Source of the DNA: Massalongia carnosa
Lineage: Eukaryota
Length of the DNA stretch: 64,000 nt
Direction: 5' to 3'
Assembly (NCBI GenBank): GCA_965645245.1
Contig: OZ287074.1
Span: 372,001-436,000, forward strand
The position numbers and the translations under genes are program-made. Below are positions 25,946-37,825 of this stretch, in pieces; positions within the stretch are counted from its first letter, which is position 1, and every line of letters starts with the position of its first letter. A model generated the notes under the pieces. That model searched no databases. It saw only the letters and a program-made list of their open reading frames with translations, and was not told where the DNA came from.

Positions 25946-28018
25946 ATGTCTGGGAAACTTGATCAATCTTTGGACGAGATCCTCAGCTCGCGCCGTCAGA
26001 CTGCCCGCCGTGGAGGACGTGGTGGTCGTCGCTCAGCCCATCCTGCCAAGCCTACTGTTGTAGCACCTGTGGGAGGTGTCAAGAAACATGTAAAGCCTGC
26101 CAGAGGAGCAGTTCGAGCCGCAGTGCCAAGTGGACCAGCTGCTGGAAGCGGAGACTCAAAAATTATTGTGAGCAACTTGGTAAGCAATAACACTCCACCA
26201 GCATCATCGACTATAGCTTACGCATTATCATCATCCAGCCTTCCGATGTCAGCGAGGTTCAAATCAAGGTATGTTGAACTTGAGGCCACCATCTTCTGGA
26301 GATTCTCCGCCAGATCTCGTTTGATTGTCGACTGTTGCGAACCTTTCCGATCTTCCAAGGGGTAGCCGCCTTTTCTTTGAGCTCACAAATGATTGTTCTG
26401 TGGTGTTTCGATTGCAAAATCACTCTTCTCGCTCTCCACAACCTGCTTTAGCTCGCTTGCTCCAAGCTTGATGCAAAGCGGCGTGAAGCTGAGTACCAAT
26501 TAGAGTCTTGTCATATACACGTTGTCTTACCGCATCTCTGTCTGGCAAACAGAGTGCGCTGGCTCGCATACAGACTCTTGGTATAGAGATGTGTAGCCTG
26601 GAGGGCTAATGGTGATTGACGATTTGTCGACATCATGTATGAGACGCTTGAAGTTCTGAGCATCAGCGAGCAAAAGCAGAATGAGCAAAACAGCACTCTT
26701 TAGGACCGGTAGAAAACTTGGACGCTTTGAGCATAACTTGATGGATCATCCGACATCTCCTTAGAATGTGGAAGTCCTACTCATCAAAAACTTTTCGACC
26801 TAAAAACGCACTGTTACTAGGCTTGGGTGCAACTAGTTCTCTCTCAATCCTACTTCTTGAAAATTGGCGCGATTCCATGGGTCCTTCGCTTTCAGCTCAG
26901 ACAGGAAACTCTCTGTTGTACTCTGTACCAGACTCCCCCTTCGCACGCTGTCAGATCTTTTCACCAATGGCATTCAGCATCTAGTCTTTGTGTGGGAAAC
27001 GAAATTAGTATCTCGATCCGTAGGACTAGACCGGCGCATGGCTTATCGTATTTGATCGCTTCGAATCGACTCCTTCGTCTTGGAATTTCACTTGTCTTTG
27101 GATCGTCATTATCAGCTTAAAGTGTGGCCCAAAACAGAAAACTAACATTACTAACGCTCGTTGCTGGCTCGCTGATGCTCCTGTGGTGGATAAGATTTCT
27201 GCCGTCAAAATTGGGGGGGAAGCTTTCCGGAGGGTTCTAGCGCGGCTCTGTGTTTACCATATTGCTATTACCTTGCAAGATCCTTTCAATTTCTGCGGCA
27301 TACCAGTGGACTAACTCGGTTACCCGTCTTCTCAATGTAGGAATACTTTGGCAAATCTGTTGGTCCTGTCAAGCGTGCCACTATCACCTATGGTCCCAAT
27401 GGTGTTAGCCGTGGTATCGCAACCATTATCTTCGTTAAGCCGGGTAGCGCAAACGATGCGCTGGTTAAACTTAACGGTTTACTTGTTGATAAGCGGCCAA
27501 TGAAGGTTCGATCATCAGCTCAGAAAGAGTCGCAAGAAATATACTAATGTGTCGCTAGATTGAGGTCGTCCTCGACGCCTCCCGAGCTCCTCCTCCAGCT
27601 CCAGTTAAAGGATTGGGCGAGCGGATTGCGTAAGTCCAAACCATTAAGAAAAGCCCTGAGGATTTAATTTTCTAACTCTACACAGTCAACCCAAAGGACA
27701 GCCAAAGCCGGCTACAGCCGTGAAGCCAGCAACTAACGGTATGAGCTCCCGTGGAGGTATACGAGGCCGAGGCCGTGGTGTTCGACGTGGCCGGAATGCA
27801 GGACGCGCCAAGCCGAAGACAGCTGATGAGCTTGATGCGGAAATGATGGATTACTTCGATGCTACCGGAAACAACGGCACCGTAGGCGCCGATGGTGGAG
27901 TTGCTACGAATGGCGCAGCTCAGGCCGCAACAAATGGTGGAATAGACTCGGGTATGGAGGAGATTGTGAGCGTCTTTTACCCAACTATCCTGGATACTGT
28001 TAACCATTCATAAAGTAA
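25946..28018 (+). CDS. YRA1: mRNA export adaptor Yra1 (REF/Aly), multi-exon with a 1072-nt second intron (26269-27340)
   Basis: N-terminal REF box MSGKLDQSLDEI; RRM (SKIIVSNL|PSDVSEVQIK|EYFGKSVGPVKR...SRGIATIIF...LNGLLVDKRPMK|IEVV); C-terminal box KPKTADELDAEMMDYF. Confidence 0.93.
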
Positions 28019-28643
28019 ATTCTGGAGATGGTGGTCAAGATGGAAATCTTACGGCTTAGATTGCTTGGAAAGAGATTAGCGGTGGCTTGCTGAGCAAAGA
28101 TTTATGTTGCAGACACTCGGGAAGGGAGGAACTAGGGGGCTCTGAAAATCAAACGCCTATGACGGCTGGTTTTCTCATATTTCTTTTCTTTCTCCATGGA
28201 AGGGGTGTTTTTTACAGGTGGCATTTTCCTAATACCCCTTCGTATCAGCCTGTTCTAGGATGCCTTGGCTGAGCTTCTCTTCAACACTAGTAAAGTAATA
28301 CCCCAGCTACATCGTCCACGGGGCTCCAACAGAGCACCTCCCCTCCTGATGACTTAACTCACTCGGCCAATTTTTGTATTAAAAGTCCCTACTTAGTCTT
28401 CTGGTTTGGGAGACGAGTAATGAAATAGCAAAGATTTGCAAAAGTACTGATAGTCTTTTACTGGCAAGCAAAACATCAGTTCTTCCGGGAACAAAAGGGA
28501 AAGGTGGTAGAAGCAATACTTGACGGCGGAGCATAACATCTTCAACTTATGTGCGCTGAATAGTGGGAATAAACTCCTTGATATCTTATATGGAATGATT
28601 CTTTCCGACCGCCTCAATCTCCTGAAAACTTCCAACCCCATGC

Positions 28644-29873
28644 TCACCAACCTCTGCCACCGTTTCCCTCGGTCCTGCCGAAATCCCCTCCTCCCTTCCG
28701 TTCCTTCTCGACCATGTCGTCAAACTCCCTCTGCGCCTCCTCCCTCGCCCACTCGCGCTCCTGTTCTGGGGTCGAAAATGTGAAATCTTCGCTGCCCTCA
28801 CCCGCCGGCTGCTGTTCCCGCTGCGGTCCTCTTCTCCAGGCGCTGGAGTTGGGGTTGGGGCCGCCGGTGGTGCTGGAGGAGGATGCGTCGCGCCTGATGC
28901 GCCCCCAGGCACTACCGGACGAGGTGGGAGAAGAATCTTCGGCGAGCCAAGGTGGGGTTTCTGAGGAGGACGGTGAAGTATAGGGATTGGGTTGCGGTCG
29001 GTTTCGCAGACCCTTTGTGCCTTGGATTGGTTGCTGCGTGCTTAGTTGCTCATCACCCATCGGCATACCGCTGTCTTCGGGCAGCCCTTCGTCATCCGTG
29101 TATCTGAACGCTTCTCCGGTTGCCATGAGGCTTCCGTCATCGCGCTTGCTGATCGCCTCTGCGCCTATGTTCCCTCTATGCTGCTTCCACAGATCGCTGG
29201 CGGTCTTCTCTCCTTGGCCCGTCGGATCCAGCCGTCCCGTTGTCCGAGTCTTCGACTCCCCCCTCTGCTGTCTCCCTTTCGCCAAGAGCTCACGGGTTAC
29301 ATCCGTGAGCCTTGGATCTCGCATCTCCCCCACCGCCATCACAGTCGTCCCGTACGCAACGCTGCACGCGGTACAGAAGAGGATGCCTAGGACCCCATAG
29401 TTCGCCGCGCGGAACGAATGCACCAGGAGGCGCGCCCTTTCCCCGCGTGCAACCTCCCGACCTAGCAGCCGGATGCGCTCGCCATCGAACCAGCCGGATT
29501 CGCTCTTCATGGGGCCGGTGAACGGATGCCGGAAGTTGGCGCGCGTGTTGTATGCGCGCAGGCTACCAAGGAGGTAGCCGATGAGTGGGCCGGCACTCGC
29601 AATCCGGTTGGCCTTGGCGGTGTGGAAGGCTATTGCTGCCGCTTCGTCGGGGGTGATGGCGCGGGCCATCTGCTGATTTTGTCTTTCAATGCGACTCTTG
29701 ATTAGCCGGGAGTGTTGGACTTTGCTAAAAAGTATGGAGAACGGGAGGATGGTGGGGAGTTGGGCGAGATCGACCGTGATGATCGTCTGGGACGAGGCGT
29801 AGGGGTCGGGAGTAGAAGGATAGGGATCTGGAAAGGAGGAGTTAGGGTCGGCGGTGGAGGAGGGAAGGACCAT
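28644..29873 (-). CDS. Conserved fungal hypothetical protein with predicted membrane segments and an acidic C-terminal helix
   Basis: About 409-aa ORF from the ATG at 29873; features include ITPDEAAAIAFH, two hydrophobic stretches, GEMRDPRL, SAWGRIRR and AREEAQREFDDMVEKER. Confidence 0.75.
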   Translation of the reverse strand: MVLPSSTADPNSSFPDPYPSTPDPYASSQTIITVDLAQLPTILPFSILFSKVQHSRLIKSRIERQNQQMARAITPDEAAAIAFHTAKANRIASAGPLIGYLLGSLRAYNTRANFRHPFTGPMKSESGWFDGERIRLLGREVARGERARLLVHSFRAANYGVLGILFCTACSVAYGTTVMAVGEMRDPRLTDVTRELLAKGRQQRGESKTRTTGRLDPTGQGEKTASDLWKQHRGNIGAEAISKRDDGSLMATGEAFRYTDDEGLPEDSGMPMGDEQLSTQQPIQGTKGLRNRPQPNPYTSPSSSETPPWLAEDSSPTSSGSAWGRIRRDASSSSTTGGPNPNSSAWRRGPQREQQPAGEGSEDFTFSTPEQEREWAREEAQREFDDMVEKERKGGGDFGRTEGNGGRGW

Positions 29874-31304
29874 TGTTGCCGGTTGGAGTATTTGGGAAGC
29901 TGCCAACGGAGGGTATATTGGCTCGAGTTTTTTTTTGTGTGAGGGGGGGGGTGGTAAGGGCAAAATGTGGAAGATACAAGGTATGTAGAAATCGTTAGAA
30001 AATCCCTCTGTAGATTTTTTCCCGAGGTCGTGTTTATGTGCGTGAACCCGCTCACGACCAAGTCCGGGCGCCCTACGAAAACGATGAATTCCCCCTTCGC
30101 TACCCGGCTCACCCGTCTGGGTATATATTCTCGCTCCACCTCTTCCTCCTCTTTTCTTCCTTATGTCGACTTTACTTCATAGAATCAATTCTATAGTAAA
30201 CGTCCTCTTCTGAGCTCCTTACCAGAGCCACAGAATCTCCAACCCGGCTGATGACTTATGTCCTCGGTGCTCCAGAGTGATGCTTCAGATACTCTCGTAA
30301 TCCACACCCTGCTTGCTACCGTCTTCGACTGTGTGACTTTTGCTTTCGGGCATTGGGAGGCATCGGAACGGTGGCTTGAGGGAGAGAGTTTGGTGATGAT
30401 CTCAACCCCGTCTCGGTGCCTGGCTTCGGCCGACTGAACGGGGAGAGTGCTGATGGAGATCTGACGGGTCTTGCGTTGTTATGTTTTGTCTGATAAAAGT
30501 TATCCTAGATATTTGATGGCAACGGATTGTTCTTTTCTTTGGCTTTATGTCATAGCGCTTTTGGGTAGATGTGGTAGTCTTAGAAAACCATTTATCGTTC
30601 ATCACCTATTCATTAGACCATTTATTCCATGTCCATATTCAATGAAAATAAAATCGTGATAGCTATATGTACCATGCACTTGGTTCAACTGCCCTCCAAC
30701 CGCCCGTGCCGCCTTCATCTGATTCTAATCCATACAAGTACCATTAACTTTATGTCTACATTGTTATTGTCCCTAAGCCATCTCTCCCTCTTCTCTGCAC
30801 AGTTTCTGTAGCTGAATGCTCATGTCTAGAACTATGACATTCATTCTCGTTACGAGGAAGGAGTTGTCTTCAATAAATGTTTTGTGGGACAAAATTTCTC
30901 TTCCGCGCTTACGTTAACCGAGTTAGGCTTTATATTCCTTCCTGCAGTTTTTTTTTACCTTTGCTGCTGCCCACGAGCTTGTCAATATCTAACTTACATA
31001 CCAAAATCTAGAGCAAGTTTTACGCCCAAAACTTGGGCTGGTTGATTCGTCATCTGCGCCGCGGAAAGGGGAGTTGGCGGCTACGAGGTACAGACTCATA
31101 CTAACTGCTATACTTTATACGACTTTCCTCCGCTTAGTTCCCTAGATTATTTTAATTTACATCCGGACACCAGCAGTACAGGCTGCAGGAAACTGGGGAT
31201 AGTGCCTAAGTTGATTGATTGATTGCTTGACCACGAGGAGTTGATCGACCATCAATCTCCCATACAACGCCACCTATGCTGGGGGGTAGCCATGTTGATT
31301 TGAA

Positions 31305-31332
31305 ACATCGACATCGACATCGACATCGACAT
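31305..31332. repeat. (ACATCG)n microsatellite
   Basis: Directly visible, about 4.5 copies. Confidence 0.85.
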
Positions 31333-31430
31333 ACCCCATCAGACGGACAAGGGGGACGTGGTCGTCCATTCTCACATCCCCACGTTTTGTTTGGAGAATC
31401 AAGGGCTCACAATCACCAGCCCAATGTTCA

Positions 31431-31556
31431 AGGACAGGACAGGACAGGACAGGACAGGAACATCCCACATACATACATACATACATACATACATACATAC
31501 ATACATACATACATACATACATACATACATACATACATACATACATACATACATAC
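31431..31556. repeat. (AGGAC)n followed by (ACAT)n microsatellites
   Basis: About 5-6 copies of AGGAC, then about 22 perfect copies of ACAT (31467-31556). Confidence 0.95.
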
Positions 31557-31719
31557 CTAACACGTACCCTACTCTTCATGTTCCACATGGCGTATACCAT
31601 CGCGTGACACGAACCCGCACCCTCTCTCTAAATCAGAAACCCCCCCCCCCCACCCCCTCCAAATCTCGCTTTACCTATCTATCTATCCCCCTTTCCCCCA
31701 CCATATGTATATCTCTCCC

Positions 31720-31855
31720 CACCAGCAGCACCAGCAGCACCAGCAGCACCAGCAGCACCAGCAGCACCAGCAGCACCAGCAGCACCAGCAGCACCAGCAG
31801 CACCAGCAGCACCAGCAGCACCAGCAGCACCAGCAGCACCAGCAGCACCAGCAGC
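31720..31855. repeat. Perfect 9-bp tandem repeat (CACCAGCAG)n, about 15 copies
   Basis: Directly visible; it is the source of the spurious STS, HQQ, AGA and WCC ORFs. Confidence 0.95.
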
Positions 31856-32585
31856 GGAAGCGACAAACCAAAGGGGATCAGGGAAAGAAGCAACGAGGGA
31901 AAGCAACATACATACATATTTATATTCAGTTCAATTCAAAAAGGGAAAGGGATCTATCTGTTCACCAAGCATGTTTGATGCGGAAACAAACTACCCACAG
32001 AGACAGAGAGAGAGAGAGAGAGAGAGAGGGGCCAAGCAAGTGGCACGGTTGTAATTACGAAAAATTGCGGAGCCTGGGAAGGAGGTGATTTTGGATCGCA
32101 GATGGACGTTCTGCGGCTTGGACGGTCTCTCCCTCCCTTCCCCTACCTGCCTACATACAAGCATACATACATACATATATACCGCTCAGCCCTTTCCGTC
32201 TCGTCTCGCGGCGGAACCGCATCTCGTTAGACCTCCCTTTCCCGCTAAACCGATCGTCCATATTAGTTCGACAGTTCCCCTCATCAAAGGACGCAAAAGA
32301 AAGGAAAGACTTTTTGGGGTGAAAAATGGCATTTTCATCTGTCCTTGCAAAATCTTAGCTACCTTGCTGCTAGCCCCTACGTCCAAATACCCCCCCCCAA
32401 TCTCCCCGATCCGATAGCTTATATAAATAGATAGGCCATATATTGATTTGCGCAACCCTGAACATGCAATACCTTGATCCTGGAGCATACACGCGGAACT
32501 AGTCAGACAACTCAGCTGTATCGTGTACAAATTCGGGCAAAGGACTCCAGCATCGAGTTGGACCAAGCCAAAATCACCTGCGCCC

Positions 32586-35500
32586 TCAAAAATACAACGG
32601 AGGCACACTCTCATACGGCGAAGGCGCCTTGGCGCTCTGCTCCATGTGTGGGGATTTGACATTGTTCCGCCCGCGGCTCGTGCTGCGCAGACGGTCGGTG
32701 ATGCCCTTGATGTTATTCTTGAAATTATCGCTGCGTCCGCGTCGATGGTTGGAGTTGGAGCGAACGACCGTTGTAGGGGTTTGACGCTCCGTTCCCAGCA
32801 CCGGCGACAGGGTGTTTTGACGGGGGAGAGGGGGGACATCGATAATATACGAGTCTTGCGGGCTCGGCTGGTCGTCAATGACGATGCTGATGACGCCTAG
32901 TCCGCTGCCACTGCTCGCGGAGTGATGTGCTCCAGCTTCATTTGGAAACGCTGGTGGAGGGGGCGGAGGTGGAGGAACGGCCGAGGAAAGATGCTGGAGT
33001 TCCGGAAGTAAGGGCGGTTGCTCGATCGTTGTGATCTGCACCGTCGAGTCAGATGCTTGCAACGCCTCGTCAATCCCAAAAGTCATTGGAGCCAACGTCA
33101 TTGAATGCGAGTCCCCAGAAGGTCGACGACGATGTTGACCTATGTCGCCCAGCGGCGAGAAGTTGGAGCGCTTACTACCGGTACGTAGGGCCTTGTGGAA
33201 AGCAGGATGCGGAGGTAGATCAGATGGGATCGGTGGCATCTGCTGTTCAGGAATTGGAGCCGACATTGAACGTGGCAATTCTCGCATGGGTTGGCCGGTG
33301 TGAAACATTTCGCCCAGCGGTTGTATTGTTTCAGGGAGCTCCGGCACTGAAGGTATGCTCTCGTTTTGACTGGCATCATATCGGGGATGGCGCATTGCTC
33401 GTGGGGTGGCCGGAAGCCCATATGGCCCAACGCTCGCCGCTCCCGACCTGTGAACAAACTCACCCAGATTAGTACCTGGGGGAGTGATAGGCAGTTTTTG
33501 CCCTTGTTGTTGCAACGAAGCAGTAGCAGTAGCCCAGGAGGTAGGAGCATCGCCAAGGTCAGTGTGAGACCGCACACCGAGAGGCAGGCGCTGAGCCGAC
33601 AAATCGGCAGGATGAGGAATCTGAGGCGCCAGTGGTCGGCGAGCAAGTGATTCTCGGCGTGCTTCAAGCTCACGAGCTGCCAAAACTTTCTTCTGCTGTG
33701 TATCGGGATTTCCGCTGTTACGAGCCAACTGATCTAGTGCCTCTGCGAACTGCTGGTTGGACGCAAAACGTGTATCAATGGCTGATTGTGGAGGCTGCAT
33801 TCCATCATTAGTGACCGTCGCTCGTACATACTTGTTGTCCTGCGCTCTTCTACGATCGGGAGATCGGTCTCTTCGCGATGACGTACCGCGCTCCCGCGGC
33901 TTTCGGCTTGAGCTTCGGTGCCGTGATCGAATCCTGTGGCGGTTCGCGTCCACAAACCTCAAGGGGTCATCCTCATCTTCACTTCGCTGATAGTGTTTCA
34001 ATTGAGGCGACATGGGAAGTGGCGAAGAAGGTGACCTTGCTATTGACCCCGAGTTTTTGGATTTGCTTCGTCCACGCGAATCTCGTAAGCCTTCAGGGCT
34101 TTCTTGGCGGCTGCTCATCATGCTCCTGGTAGCGAAACTGGCTTCACTGCCAACGAGACTGTCAGAGAATCCCTCTGGTGATCTACGCCGCAGAACCGTT
34201 TTGTTCGAGTATTCCGATGCCTTGGAGCCAGATCGAAGCTTGGAGATACCCTTGGATTGAACACTGTGATCACGACCGTGCCTGCTGTCTAGACGAGCGG
34301 AAGGAGGACCAGTCAGCTGTGCATCAAGGCTATCAGTGCTTGGGTTGTCTTGGTAAAGATGCAAGTCGTCCGGCGACATAGGAACAGGTGATGATGGAGA
34401 GCGCTTGGCGGGTCGAATATATTTTTGATTTCGCCCGCGATCCTCAGATCGATCCTGTGCCCTATGCTTGCTTCGAGATTTATGGTCACCTGTTTGTGGT
34501 CGCCCCTCACGACTCTCCTGACGACGTCTTGATGTACCCTTTTGCCTTCGTGTATGGTAACCAGCCTCTTCCAAACTGCTTATGTATTGATCGATACTTC
34601 GAGAACTGACGCTAGGGCTTTTTGCTGATGCCCAGCTTTGATCGCTGATTGAGGGACTTTTCTCGCTCCTCGTATCAAGACGCCCGGAGAAACTCCCGTT
34701 GGAATGCAAGGAAGACAGATGACTTGGCCTCTTGTGGTCGGAACCCGAACCTCGTCCTCCAGAACCCGAGCCCCTTCCACCAGAAGATAGATAGTTGCTT
34801 GCCACATGGTTCTGCGACGGCATGTGAATATGTAAGCCATCAGGCTTTCTATCACGAGAGCCATTTCGAGCTCGACTTTTCTCAGCGAAAGCGGTAAAGT
34901 TGTCCGCCGATGGATCTGGCAGGACCGGGACTGGAAAGGACGAGCTTGGTAGCGCCGTCATCGGACTCTTTCCAAGTGCTGCGCTGCCAGGATCATACCT
35001 CGCAGAACTTAGAAGCAACGGCGCATCGGATGTATTGTTTTCCGCTGGGTTTTCATCTGCGCTCCGAGATTCAAAACGGCTCTCCTTTTCCAATTCAGAT
35101 CCCGAATTTTCCGGGGTAGGCAGAGCACCTGGTCGAGGAAACACCGGCATTGTTACATCCATCGGGGTCTCACCAATGGATGGCAGCCGGTTTCGGTGAT
35201 GGCCACCAGGAGTCGCTGTTCTCATCCCGACGTTGGCCCTAATTCGCGAAGACATCCTCGAGAAATCTCCAGATGTCTCTCCAAAAGAGATTGCAGATTC
35301 CGCGATTGGCGTTATCCCGGGTCCATTGGTAGGTGTACGATCATCTGAAATCAACCCCGGAAACTTAAACTGTGCCTTGTCAGGGGCGCCAAACGAGGTG
35401 ATTACTTTTAGCGATGAATTCTTGGTTGTCATTCGAATGGAACCTGTAGGCTTGATGGCAGGAGGCGGTGGGGATAACGGCGGGCTTAGCATCGAAGAGA

Positions 35501-37825
35501 TGCTCGGTGTTGCTTGAGAAGCAGTGCTCTGACTTCGCATGGACGGAGATGCCCATGGCATAAGTGGATCCATACCGGTGCAAGAGAAACAGCGGATGGC
35601 AAGCTGCTGTTGAGAATTCTCCACAACGAATTCACCCCAACGTCTTACCAAATGAGCCTGCCTCTGCCAATCGGTGGGGAAGACAAGGCAGGTCAATAAT
35701 ATAGCTTCCATGTAAAAACTTCGAGAAACGTAGACTTCCACCGCATCCTCGCGGTCACCGAGGCCCAGAAGTATCGTGGCTGAAGTATGAAAATCACCCT
35801 GCTGAAGGAGCTTTTGCACGAACGCTTGACCCATCTTCCCCTTAGATCCCTGGCCACCCATTGAGCTCAATGCAAGCAACATCCAATCCGAAGAACTGAT
35901 TGTACCCGAAATCATAGCTGCGGCCATTGTATCGGAATCGACTTCACCCAGCCATTTTGACAGGAGGACTGCGCTGGTCGATCCGGATTGGTGGTGCTCA
36001 AGCTCATCTCTTATTAGTGGTTCAATATCATCACTCCACCCAAAGACAACATCCAGCATTTGCCTGCGTAACTGATCGGGGCCCATTCCTTCTTGATCCA
36101 CTGGGTGGGGCTGTTTGTAGGTGACTGTACTTAGTCTGGCTCGCGTCCTGGGAAACAAATCTACGTATTTCAAAGTCTCCGGGCTTCGGAGTATTTCTTG
36201 ACGAAGACGAGAGCCTTTGGATCGTCGCCCCGACGACGCTCTGGATGCAGTCTGCGTCTGTTGAAATATCGACGATCCTCCCGAAAACATGCTGTCACGG
36301 CCCACCATCGACGGCGAGATAGTTGAGAAAGTGGTACCGCTGGCACCTCGAGAAGAGACAGACCGATTGGTCTGCTGATAGCGAGGGTTAGACGACACAG
36401 AACTGACCGATTCGGTTCTACTTTTCGAAGAAACCGACACCGGACTGGACATATCGGAACGAAGACGCCGAGCGTTCTCAACCGACAGCATATCATTCGC
36501 GCTCCGCTGAATAGTTGACAGTGTTACAGGTCCCCGACCGGAATCCGAACCATGCGAGAGAGCCATGGGAGGTGCAGTCCCAGGAATGTGGTGATTGCTA
36601 GATTCTTGCATGCCATGATTCGATTTCACTGGTACGGGCGGAGGGAGCATGGGAAGGTACTGAGCTCTCTTGACCAAAGCTGGGTGGCTTACATCATACT
36701 GTTGGACGGTATGATTTGGACCAAGCGTAAACAGAGTGGCGCCCTGCCCATAATTCGCCAAGCCTCTGAGCCCTTCCTCGGTTGGTATTGGCTCACAGGA
36801 TATATGTTTGGTCCTTACGTCCCAAACCCAGGTTTCACTAGACCCATCAGTATATTCTAGACTCATGGGGATCTTGCATGCACGGCACCCACCCATCAGA
36901 GTATTGCAAAATCCTGCCATTCTTAGACCAAGCTAACCAGTTGAGGCCAGAATCAACATTATCACTCTTCTTCAAGATCCGAATGGTTTTTGGTGACTCT
37001 GCCGTTGGTGGTTTCGACACGCTCCATACTCGCAAGTCCCCGTCGGAAGTCTGGGTTGCTAGCATGTCGGACTTTTGCTTGGTGGACGATGCGTGCCATG
37101 CTAGGTTGACGATCGAGGAAGGAGCACGTGGCGTCGTCAATGTATGAAGGATGGTAAATGCAGGTTGTAGCGCTACAATCAATATCGACCCGTTTAAATA
37201 TCTGCCGCCACATCAGCAAACGTGAGTAACCGTGATGCTGCATGTACTGACCCAATCGCGTATGTTTGGCAGTCCGAAGCGGGCGCCAGAGCCGTAATGG
37301 GGTCAAATATCGTACGTGCTGAAACATGCTCCGACGTCGAGGGCTCGAACAGAATGACGTTTCCTTGGGAATTTCCTGTAACATGTCAACGTCGAGGTCG
37401 TGACTCCCATGCCAACGGATTCTACCAAAAGCAACGTTGCCATTTTTCATCCATGCAGCAACTCGAATGGGCTCATACGACGCAAACCGAGCGATTTCGT
37501 CGCCTGTGAAGAGATCCCACACTATCGCAGTCTGGCTGGTATCGTAGCTGACCACCAAGCGACCGGCTCCTCGCTCGCTCACGTTGTCCACTGACAAGAA
37601 CAAAATACGGTCCTTGTGCCTCTCAAACCGACGTTCAATAGCCAAGGTATCATGGTGAAGGCATATTATCGAGGTGTCTTGGGAATATAGAAAGATGGAA
37701 GCTGTAGCAGCGCATGGTTCGAACTCGAACTCGAGATTGCGAGAATCTATAGGCGTGGCAGCACGGAGAGCAGGTCGGCTGCTGGATGATGTAGAGCGTT
37801 GCCTTGCCAGCTGTCCTGTGGACAT
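32586..37825 (-). CDS. Large WD40-repeat protein with a central helical domain and a long Ser/Arg/Pro-rich tail (about 1700 aa, 4 exons)
   Basis: N-terminal WD repeats (AIVWDLFTG, GDLRVWSV, ETWVWDVRT); helical segment TSATILLGLGDREDAVEVYVSRSFYMEAILL; last exon is over 4 kb; three short GT-AG introns between about 36838 and 37425. Confidence 0.8.

Noticed and set aside
31274..32088. ORFs with poly-(YVCM), (HTYI), (STS), (HQQ), (AGA) and (WCC)
   Set aside because: These are translations of microsatellites that happen to lack stops; no gene structure.
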